DNA from: an uncultured virus (IMG/VR IMGVR_UViG_3300021431_000104)
Lineage: Duplodnaviria > Heunggongvirae > Uroviricota > Caudoviricetes
DNA length: 23,433 nucleotides
Virus record (IMG/VR): IMGVR_UViG_3300021431_000104
Reading direction: 5' to 3' (one strand)
Part shown: piece after piece, positions 17,053-23,433 of the stretch
Position numbering within the stretch: the first letter of the stretch is position 1
Layout: each line of letters starts with the position of its first letter
Position numbers and translations under genes: made by a program
The notes under the pieces: model-generated
The model's database searches: none
Told to the model about the DNA's origin: nothing
Seen by the model: the letters and a program-made list of their open reading frames with translations, nothing else

Positions 17053-17661
17053 CTAGTTATAGGTGATTGAAATCTCTAGATCCGTTCCAGGATTTTTTTG
17101 TAGGTTAGGATAATAAAATTCATTTATACCTACTTTATAAGATATCCTCCGAGTCTTGAAAGAAATTCCGATACCTAAATCGGCTAACTTATTAAAATAC
17201 CGATATTTGAGATAAGCATAAGGTTCTACCTTTAACCTAAAACCTGCTTCCTTTTGAGTTAAATCTCCATTTACCCAGTTATACTGATATTTATCGAGAT
17301 CGATCTTATATTCCTTGGTAAAGAACCCATTCATGGATGGTCTGAAGAAAGATAGGTTTAGTTTATCCTTGTTTAGTAAGGCTTGAACTAGAGAATCTCC
17401 TTTTTGTATAGAATCTGTAGTAGTAGTAACTTCTTTAGATTCTTTCCAATTCTTACCATACAGGAAAACGTATTTAGGTAGTACCTTAGTAGAATAACCC
17501 TTAACTGGTTTATAGGGTTTAGATATATAAACTGTATCGGTATTGCCTATAACCTTGGGTTGTTTTTGTAATTGGGATATCTCATGCCTCTGCCTAAAAT
17601 AGGTAAAGCAAAGGATAATAGTAATCCCCAATAACAAGAATGTTGCAATTTTGTATTTCAT
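17053..17661 (-). CDS. Membrane-anchored protein, putative spanin-like lysis protein
   Basis: N-terminal TM helix (IATFLLLGITIILCFTYF), DTVY motif, and C-terminal amphipathic beta strands ending ISITYN. Confidence 0.5.
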   Translation of the reverse strand: MKYKIATFLLLGITIILCFTYFRQRHEISQLQKQPKVIGNTDTVYISKPYKPVKGYSTKVLPKYVFLYGKNWKESKEVTTTTDSIQKGDSLVQALLNKDKLNLSFFRPSMNGFFTKEYKIDLDKYQYNWVNGDLTQKEAGFRLKVEPYAYLKYRYFNKLADLGIGISFKTRRISYKVGINEFYYPNLQKNPGTDLEISITYN

Positions 17662-17685
17662 ATCATTATAGCTTATATAATCTCC

Positions 17686-17711
17686 AGATAGGTGGGGTAC
17701 CCCACCTATCT
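17686..17711. repeat. 26-bp perfect palindrome
   Basis: AGATAGGTGGGGT|ACCCCACCTATCT, with no spacer. Confidence 0.95.
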
Positions 17712-17781
17712 CTTCCGAGGTTTACCGAGGAAGCTCTTTCTTTTTTACGTATATACTTATCGATAGAGATTTACTTATATC

Positions 17782-17847
17782 TATATACGTTAGTATATAT
17801 AGATATAGAGCCATATAAAATATATAGATATATATACGTTAGTATAT
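17782..17847. repeat. 17-bp direct repeat in an AT-rich intergenic tract
   Basis: TATATACGTTAGTATAT at 17782-17798 and 17831-17847. Confidence 0.9.
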
Positions 17848-17893
17848 TATATATCTATATATTTTGTTAAAATTTGTTAAAAGGTAAAGGGAT

Positions 17894-18907
17894 TTAATGG
17901 TTTAGGCAATCCTTAAACCAAATTCCAGTTTCGTACACCGCACCCTTAGCTAATACATTCCTGGCCTTGTTCATCCAGTAAATAGGATTCTCAGGATCAT
18001 AATGTATCTTAAAACTCTTAGGGAATCCCATTATGTTCTTAAAATCTTCTATACCAAGTGGCCAACCATCTGGTCTAAATTGCCTATCTGCAGGTCTCAA
18101 AGTAAGAGGTGGTCTATCTGATTCTAATCTATACACTCCTGGCAATGTAGACATTTTAGCTGTTTTAATTGGCCATTTCTTCTCTGACATAAAGTCATGG
18201 GTCCAAAGGTAATGAATCCTTTTTACCGTAAGGTTTTCTTTTTCAGGAAGTTTCCTATAATCATACATCGCCAATATTTTATTTTTTGGCGGCATATAGT
18301 TAGTATTATTTCCCTTAAAATACGCTGCCTCCAGTAAATTTCTAGTAACTTTAAGAGTGTTTACTTGGAAAATCCTTTGGAAATTTTCTTTATTAAACTT
18401 AGAGCTGCCTTTTTTAACACCTATAATTAACAACCTTTTCCTTGATACCTGAGAATTACCCAGATCTGCCATTGAGTGATTGTGAAATATAAGGTCGTAT
18501 TTCTTAAAAGTTCTCTCCCAATCAGCTATTGGCATCAATGTAAGTAGCTTAGGTACATTCTCCAAAAGGAAAATCCCAGGCTTAAAGATTAAAATACTCT
18601 TAATAAGGAGGTTTATGGTCTCATTTTTCTCTGGATTACCCAGCTCTTTTACTTTAGAAAGTCTCATAGTAGAACTTGCACCGCAATCTGGGCTACCCAT
18701 TATGATATCTGGACGCTTTTCTAAGTCAAAAAATTCGGTTTCGAAGGGTATTTCACCAAAATTTAATCTCCAATTTTCTTCACCCTTAGTATGGAAGACT
18801 GTTCTGGGCTCTATATTACCCAAAATTTTATACCTTTTATCACCTAAAAAAGGGTGGAGGAGAGCTCCTCCACCTGCACATACGCCTAAAATCTTAATTT
18901 TCTTCAT
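17894..18907 (-). CDS. Orphan C5-cytosine DNA methyltransferase
   Basis: Motif I LGVCAGGG, motif IV GSPDCG, motif VI FLLENV, motif VIII QVSRKRLLIIG, motif IX-like MGFP. Confidence 0.85.
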   Translation of the reverse strand: MKKIKILGVCAGGGALLHPFLGDKRYKILGNIEPRTVFHTKGEENWRLNFGEIPFETEFFDLEKRPDIIMGSPDCGASSTMRLSKVKELGNPEKNETINLLIKSILIFKPGIFLLENVPKLLTLMPIADWERTFKKYDLIFHNHSMADLGNSQVSRKRLLIIGVKKGSSKFNKENFQRIFQVNTLKVTRNLLEAAYFKGNNTNYMPPKNKILAMYDYRKLPEKENLTVKRIHYLWTHDFMSEKKWPIKTAKMSTLPGVYRLESDRPPLTLRPADRQFRPDGWPLGIEDFKNIMGFPKSFKIHYDPENPIYWMNKARNVLAKGAVYETGIWFKDCLNH

Positions 18908-19106
18908 CTAACTTTTTGATTTCGTCAATAACATTTGCCACCTCCAGCCAACTGCGGTTGTACGCCTGTTGCTTGTATCCGATGGCTTCGTGTTCAATTT
19001 TGAACCCATATTGGTTCATGTATGCCATTTGTCGATAGCACTCATTTTCGTAGTTCTGTAACGTCTTGACGAGCTTTCTCAGGATAGTTTCTTCTTTCTT
19101 GGTCAT
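18894..19106 (-). CDS. Hypothetical 70-aa helical protein
   Basis: ATG preceded by AAGGAGG; overlaps the MTase start. Confidence 0.65.
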   Translation of the reverse strand: MTKKEETILRKLVKTLQNYENECYRQMAYMNQYGFKIEHEAIGYKQQAYNRSWLEVANVIDEIKKLDEEN

Positions 19107-19119
19107 CGCTCAGTCCTCC

Positions 19120-19212
19120 TTATCTTTTCACAAATATTCCGTAAACAAATAACATAATGCAAATGCAAAATGTAGATACAACTATAATGTTGCAAATATC
19201 ATCCACTGTCAT
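19120..19212 (-). CDS. 30-aa single-TM peptide (not in the ORF track)
   Basis: MTVDDICNIIVVSTFCICIMLFVYGIFVKR*. It fills the gap between the endolysin stop (19215) and the next gene. Confidence 0.5.
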   Translation of the reverse strand: MTVDDICNIIVVSTFCICIMLFVYGIFVKR

Positions 19213-19214
19213 AT

Positions 19215-19748
19215 TTAGTCCTCCTTACTATTTAACCAATCTTCTTTAGAACCCAAGATGATAATTAAGGACCTCAAACTGGTATAATAGGCGGGTGAAG
19301 TAGCATATTTTGCCTTTATGTTGTCGGTTATCTTCAGAGCAAACATTAGAGGTTGGTCCCTATAAGGCCAAGCATCACTATACATTGGCTTCTTAAAGAT
19401 AGCCAGATGGTCTTTTAGGCATTCCTCTAGTGTTTCATAATGGCGGAAAGCTCTAATTACTATATACTTCCACCTATTAACGTCTAGTTTAATCTTTCTC
19501 AGTACTTTATCTGGAGGAGTAAGAGTCTTCCTATCATTACTAAAATACTCGGTAGTTTGTACCATATCTACTGGACCTTTCCAAGTAGAACCCTTGGTAA
19601 TACCAAAGATATTATTCTCTCCAATAGTGTGAGCTCCCCATCCTGTTTCCAGTACTGCTTGAGCTGTTACAAATAAAGGATGAATTTCTCCACCCTTAGC
19701 GGCTTGATAAACTCTCTTAGCGAAATCCATTTGTTTTTCGTTTGCCAT
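19215..19748 (-). CDS. Endolysin, GH73 glucosaminidase (FlgJ-like)
   Basis: AQAVLETGWG (catalytic Glu), NNIFGI, FRHY and YATSPAY (YxTD-like) motifs. Confidence 0.88.
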   Translation of the reverse strand: MANEKQMDFAKRVYQAAKGGEIHPLFVTAQAVLETGWGAHTIGENNIFGITKGSTWKGPVDMVQTTEYFSNDRKTLTPPDKVLRKIKLDVNRWKYIVIRAFRHYETLEECLKDHLAIFKKPMYSDAWPYRDQPLMFALKITDNIKAKYATSPAYYTSLRSLIIILGSKEDWLNSKED

Positions 19749-19859
19749 AAACTTTAATGTTTTTAGTGTTATATAATATAAGAATTGAGTATTGCCTAGA
19801 ACTACTTAAACTAGAGGTTCTATGTAATACTGCATATATTATTAAAAATAGGATCGCAC

Positions 19860-20069
19860 ATGTTAAAAATAATCGTTGATTGGCACGAAAATTACTGTCA
19901 AGTAAATCCTGAATCGGATATATTTGAGGATTTATCAGTTACAATGTGGGAGGGTTGTTCTAAAGAAGCAGTAGAAGAATCTATTAAGAATGAACTCAAA
20001 AACATACCTTACGACATCTACAACAACCTACTTGAGCTAACAGAAATAAAGCATAATTTTTTAATATAA
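19860..20069 (+). CDS. Hypothetical acidic 69-aa protein
   Basis: ATG-initiated ORF divergent from the endolysin. Confidence 0.5.
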   Translation: MLKIIVDWHENYCQVNPESDIFEDLSVTMWEGCSKEAVEESIKNELKNIPYDIYNNLLELTEIKHNFLI

Positions 20070-20072
20070 AAA

Positions 20073-20104
20073 TTTGCTTATTTAAAATAATTTTATTACC
20101 TTTG
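20073..20104 (+). promoter_or_regulatory. Bacteroidota primary-sigma promoter
   Basis: TTTG (20073-20076), 20 nt, TACCTTTG (20097-20104); matches the -33/-7 consensus and sits upstream of ORF 20153. Confidence 0.8.
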
Positions 20105-20152
20105 TAAAGTATAAAAATTAAAGATATAAGTTAAACCAAAACCAAAACAACA

Positions 20153-20521
20153 ATGAACACAAAGCTCAAACCAAACATGGAAGTTATCTATGTAGAACGT
20201 AACTTCAGCTTAATCGATAAGACTGAGGTTATATCCATAGATAAAAGCCAAGGAACAGCTAAATTAGCTAATGGAGTTATTGTTAACCGAGAAATCCTTA
20301 AAAAGGGATATTTTAAGAGAGCGGGTATGAGATCTTCGGATGCTCGTATTTACCTTTATGAAAAGGATAGTGAAGGTTATAATCTCTATCAATCTTTCTT
20401 GGATAGGAACTGGTTAAAGTCCTTTATTGGAGTTCTTAAAGGAAAGGTAGAAAATAGTAAGGTAGATACCGACGGAGAATGGCTTCACAATTTAAGAAAA
20501 TCACTAACTAAATTCGCATAA
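20153..20521 (+). CDS. Hypothetical early protein (122 aa)
   Basis: First ORF after the host-type promoter, with an A-rich leader. Confidence 0.8.
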   Translation: MNTKLKPNMEVIYVERNFSLIDKTEVISIDKSQGTAKLANGVIVNREILKKGYFKRAGMRSSDARIYLYEKDSEGYNLYQSFLDRNWLKSFIGVLKGKVENSKVDTDGEWLHNLRKSLTKFA

Positions 20522-20525
20522 AGAT

Positions 20526-20738
20526 ATGGCAAAAGCAGTTTTCGTAATAGTGGGTATTGCTTACTTACTAGCATTACCTATGGCAATCAGAACTTCTGTA
20601 GCTTTCTGGTTATTCAGAGAAAAAGATCCTATAGCTCATAAAGCTATGCAATGTGGATTCTTCCTGGGTTTCATCAGTATATGGCTTATCTATCCCATTT
20701 ATCTTATTAAGGACGCATTATCTAACTTAAAACATTAA
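20526..20738 (+). CDS. Small 2-TM membrane protein
   Basis: Two hydrophobic stretches and a WLIYP motif. Confidence 0.7.
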   Translation: MAKAVFVIVGIAYLLALPMAIRTSVAFWLFREKDPIAHKAMQCGFFLGFISIWLIYPIYLIKDALSNLKH

Positions 20739-20744
20739 AGCAAT

Positions 20745-20981
20745 ATGAGAGAACTAATTCACATCTTTTACGTATTGGGTGGTGTAGTAACCCTAATTTA
20801 CTACTGGTATATTACTATCAAGGAGTATAGAGGAGATAAATATGGATCTATCACCTTCTTCGATATCATAGCTTCCCTTTGGGTTATGATTGGATCTTGG
20901 CTGAGTTTAACCTTGATCCTATTCGGAGATAGATTAGATGAAATTAAAATAATCAGTAAAGAGCCTAAGAACAATGAATAA
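20745..20981 (+). CDS. Small 2-TM membrane protein
   Basis: Two hydrophobic stretches; tightly packed with its neighbours. Confidence 0.7.
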   Translation: MRELIHIFYVLGGVVTLIYYWYITIKEYRGDKYGSITFFDIIASLWVMIGSWLSLTLILFGDRLDEIKIISKEPKNNE

Positions 20982-21372
20982 TATTTTCTTTTGGTTTTAC
21001 CTAATCAATATTGTGGTTCTTATCATCCTTTTCTTCTTAGTAAAGAAATTAGAGAAGAAGATGATAAAGCCCAAGATGAATAAATATACTTTTAAGTATA
21101 GATTATGTGGTGTCCTTTATATGCATACGGAAGTTCTAGAGGAGTGGAAGACAAGTAACTTAGGAAATACTTGTTATATTTATAAAGAATTTCTAGATGA
21201 AATGGTAGTTTTAAGTGATTACCTGCGGGAGATATGGAAACACTATAAGGGTGATCTCATAGAGGTTCAAGTATATATAGGATCTTCCCATTCAGATTGG
21301 GGAAATTTTGTGGGTAAGTATTTGATAAGAAAGGAGGGAGAAGTTATTTTTAAGGGACCTTATGAGTATTAA
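20974..21372 (+). CDS. Hypothetical protein with N-terminal TM helix
   Basis: IFFWFYLINIVVLIILFFLV followed by a basic stretch; overlaps the upstream stop. Confidence 0.65.
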   Translation: MNNIFFWFYLINIVVLIILFFLVKKLEKKMIKPKMNKYTFKYRLCGVLYMHTEVLEEWKTSNLGNTCYIYKEFLDEMVVLSDYLREIWKHYKGDLIEVQVYIGSSHSDWGNFVGKYLIRKEGEVIFKGPYEY

Positions 21373-21430
21373 TAATGGTAAGGGTTGTAGGGTAGAGATT
21401 TAATCTAGGAGTTCCTTATATACGTATATA

Positions 21431-21484
21431 GGCCTGGAGAAGTTAATGTTGGCTTTGGTTTAATGTTACTTCTCTGGGCTTTTT
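21431..21484 (+). terminator. Intrinsic terminator for the plus-strand cluster
   Basis: GCCTGGAGAAGT...ACTTCTCTGGGC (with G-U pairs) followed by TTTTT. Confidence 0.55.
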
Positions 21485-21698
21485 AGTGTGTTTGTGTTTT
21501 GTGGGTTATCAAGTGTATAGTAGTATGTGGAGGAGCTGGGAAGCCCTTATATACGTAGCCAAAAGTCCAGGTAGTGGGAGAGGGGAACGGTAGACGATGC
21601 AAAATTTAATCAAAAATAAAAGTAAGGTACACAATAACAAAAAGAAAAATAAATTGATACAAAGGACATTTTTTAGATATAATTAAAATACAAAATAC

Positions 21699-21726
21699 AA
21701 AAAAAAAGGGCTACCTTTGTAGCCCT
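21699..21726 (-). terminator. Intrinsic terminator
   Basis: AGGGCTAC-CTTT-GTAGCCCT stem with an adjacent A9 run (U-tail on the minus strand), 6 nt past the stop of ORF 21732. Confidence 0.8.
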
Positions 21727-21731
21727 CAATT

Positions 21732-22022
21732 TTAGATGTAATTAATAATGATTTTTAGTTTGTGGTTTAAGTGTGTAGTTACATTTTGTTTTGTTGCAAA
21801 CTCATTTGGTTTTGTTGTTAACTCTTTTGTACTGTCATATTTTAGCCAAAGGTCGAATAACGTTTCATAAATATGATTAATAATTTTCTTTTGTTTTTTT
21901 TCTTTCATCTCTAAAAACTTTATGTCCTCCAAAAACAAAAGAAAAATTTGAGCACTTTGTTTATCCGTTATACCGTAAACTTTGTTGAAGAAACGGATAA
22001 TAAATAATATTTTTCTCTTCAT
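21732..22022 (-). CDS. Hypothetical basic protein (96 aa)
   Basis: ORF bracketed by two hairpins in the AT-rich island. Confidence 0.55.
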   Translation of the reverse strand: MKRKILFIIRFFNKVYGITDKQSAQIFLLFLEDIKFLEMKEKKQKKIINHIYETLFDLWLKYDSTKELTTKPNEFATKQNVTTHLNHKLKIIINYI

Positions 22023-22040
22023 CTTTTTAATGTTTTAAAT

Positions 22041-22072
22041 AAAGATAGCGAGTATTTTTACTCGCTATCTTT
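22041..22072. terminator. 14-bp perfect hairpin, probable (bidirectional) terminator
   Basis: AAAGATAGCGAGTA-TTTT-TACTCGCTATCTTT, 11 nt past the stop of ORF 22083. Confidence 0.8.
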
Positions 22073-22082
22073 TAATTATTAC

Positions 22083-22445
22083 TTACTTTGAGAATTTTTC
22101 GTAATTCTCTTGTGCTTTAGCAACGAGTTTGATGTCACGTTCTTTCCTTAATCCATTAAAAACTGAAAAATCCACCGTTTCCGTTGTGTACGTTTCAGCA
22201 AAAAATTTTTTAAATTTTGAAAAAGCGAGATTAAACTCAGGTTTATTTTTTGCACCCGCTAACAAAGTAACATAAGATAAAGACAAAGAACGCAATTTTC
22301 TTCTTATTGCTTTTTCTTGACTTTCATCTGCACCCTCAAAGAATTTTTCTTGATAAATGTTACTTTTGGCGCTTGCATTTTTTGTTACTGCACCGTCACT
22401 TTTTGCGAGAGAGAAAAGCGCATTTAAAGCATTATTAGTTTTCAT
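22083..22445 (-). CDS. Hypothetical basic helical protein (~120 aa)
   Basis: The ATG at 22445 (MKTNNAL...) is preferred over the track's upstream non-ATG start. It lies downstream of the leftward promoter. Confidence 0.75.
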   Translation of the reverse strand: MKTNNALNALFSLAKSDGAVTKNASAKSNIYQEKFFEGADESQEKAIRRKLRSLSLSYVTLLAGAKNKPEFNLAFSKFKKFFAETYTTETVDFSVFNGLRKERDIKLVAKAQENYEKFSK

Positions 22446-22566
22446 AATTTTAAGTGCTTTTAAAGGGAAAGCATAACTTTTTAAATAAAACAATAATTAA
22501 TAAGTACCCTTAAAGGGTAATAATTTCCGTTGTATCAATAAATCAAAGAACCTTATTTTTGTACTG

Positions 22567-22597
22567 CAAAGGTAATACAATATTTTGAATTACCAAA
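22567..22597 (-). promoter_or_regulatory. Leftward Bacteroidota promoter
   Basis: On the minus strand: TTTG (22597-22594), 19 nt, TACCTTTG (22574-22567). Confidence 0.8.
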
Positions 22598-22752
22598 ACT
22601 TTTTACGAAAAACTTTCAAAAAATTTTGATTTTTGCATTTTTTGTTCAAAATATTTGCATATTCCAAAAAATTTTATTATATGCGTACCTTATATATAAT
22701 AACTATAATATAATAAAAAAATATCATATATGCAAATTTTTTTGTAAAAAGT

Positions 22753-22784
22753 TTTGGTAGTTTCAAATTTTCTTCGTACCTTTG
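22753..22784 (+). promoter_or_regulatory. Rightward Bacteroidota promoter
   Basis: TTTG (22753-22756), 20 nt, TACCTTTG (22777-22784). Confidence 0.8.
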
Positions 22785-22799
22785 CAGTACAAAAGTTAG

Positions 22800-23234
22800 A
22801 TGTTTAATTTATTGATACAAAAATTTAGAGTTATGAAAAAAGAAAAATTTAATGATTTTCGAGAGTTTAAAAAAGCGGTTAATGCAAGTTTGCGGTATTG
22901 TAAAGCATCTCTATTTAGGAGTTTTTTTCTTGTAGATGTAGAGAATTTGGAAATTATCAAAGGACAAAACGGAAACTTTTTAGAGTTTTATTTAGAAACT
23001 TTGAAAAATAGTGAATATCAATACTCACAAACTGACTATAACGGCAAAAATTTGAATATGTATTTATTTGTTGGTAAGTATTATTTTAATATTGCAGGAA
23101 GAAAATTTGATGTCCCAATTTATAAAAAATATTTAGGTAGCAATTTAGATAGTTACGAAAATAAATTTACGGATAGCATTTTACAGTTGTTAGATGAAAA
23201 CAACTTATCCTATTGGTTGAAAAAGTTTGCTTAA
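22800..23234 (+). CDS. Hypothetical protein (144 aa; alternative start ATG 22833)
   Basis: Long ORF for such AT-rich DNA, directly downstream of the rightward promoter. Confidence 0.7.
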   Translation: MFNLLIQKFRVMKKEKFNDFREFKKAVNASLRYCKASLFRSFFLVDVENLEIIKGQNGNFLEFYLETLKNSEYQYSQTDYNGKNLNMYLFVGKYYFNIAGRKFDVPIYKKYLGSNLDSYENKFTDSILQLLDENNLSYWLKKFA

Positions 23235-23433
23235 AAAAGCAAACTTTTTTCTTTAATATTCTATTTATCATAATAATTATTTTTGAAAACGTGAAAAAAT
23301 GTAAATTTTTTTTTTTAATTTTGCCCATATATAATTTCCCGCCGATCCACCCCTGCGGAAGTCCGATATCCTACATTACCTGTATGGTGGCCCAATGATA
23401 TAAGGGTATTGGATATTAGAGAGGCCAAGTGTC

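Noticed and set aside
8511..17870. Short plus-strand and off-frame ORFs inside or beside the structural genes (8511, 8977, 10736, 11182, 11400, 11834, 12552, 12610, 13381, 14080, 15678, 16435, 17640)
   Set aside because: They overlap well-supported genes or low-complexity intergenic DNA and carry no motifs.
17746..17880. Possible CRISPR mini-array
   Set aside because: Only two 17-bp low-complexity repeats, with no cas genes or leader.
18615..18911. Plus-strand 98-aa ORF
   Set aside because: Antisense to the methyltransferase's conserved motifs.
21712..21719. TACCTTTG (-7-like) inside the terminator hairpin
   Set aside because: No TTTG at -33 spacing and no plus-strand gene downstream.
23213..23398. 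61-aa ORF at the right end
   Set aside because: Low-complexity translation of poly-T/A tracts crossing the composition boundary; overlaps the preceding gene.
1..23433. Stop-codon reassignment (TAG to Gln), as in some gut phages
   Set aside because: Core genes are intact under code 11, and TAG terminates several genes at sensible positions (2112, 10424, 10924, 17053). The TAG-rich frame at 5928-6187 is better explained by a frameshift.
1..23433. tRNA/rRNA genes, integrase, transposase, introns/inteins in TerL or MCP
   Set aside because: No recognisable signatures; TerL, portal and MCP have ordinary lengths and uninterrupted frames.

Overview
The window is a segment of a tailed dsDNA bacteriophage, most likely infecting Bacteroidota. 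Three intergenic TTTG-N19-20-TAnnTTTG promoters support that host, as do BACON-like, Flg_new_2-like and SGNH modules. The minus strand (~19750 to 1) carries, in order: GH73 endolysin, C5 DNA methyltransferase, spanin-like protein, terminase large subunit, portal, prohead protease/scaffold, decoration protein, major capsid protein, a PKD-containing adaptor and a head-closure protein. A ~6.9 kb accessory block follows, then a neck/tail-completion gene and a >508-aa BACON-like ORF that runs off the window and is absent from the ORF track. The accessory block holds an SGNH esterase spike, a Flg_new_2-like protein, a frameshifted membrane-protein gene, and a six-gene cassette (2112-5229) of unknown function. 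The cassette is built around a Gly/Asn/Gln-rich, Cys-clustered, membrane-anchored coiled-coil protein and an HExxH peptidase, and is the best candidate for an undescribed system. The right end has small plus-strand early-type genes and a very AT-rich ~1.7 kb island (21599-23324) with mirror-image divergent promoters and short inverted repeats at its edges. A 26-bp perfect palindrome and a recurring intergenic TATATACGT motif lie upstream of the packaging genes. Protein family calls rest on motifs recognised by eye and on gene order; no database searches were run.
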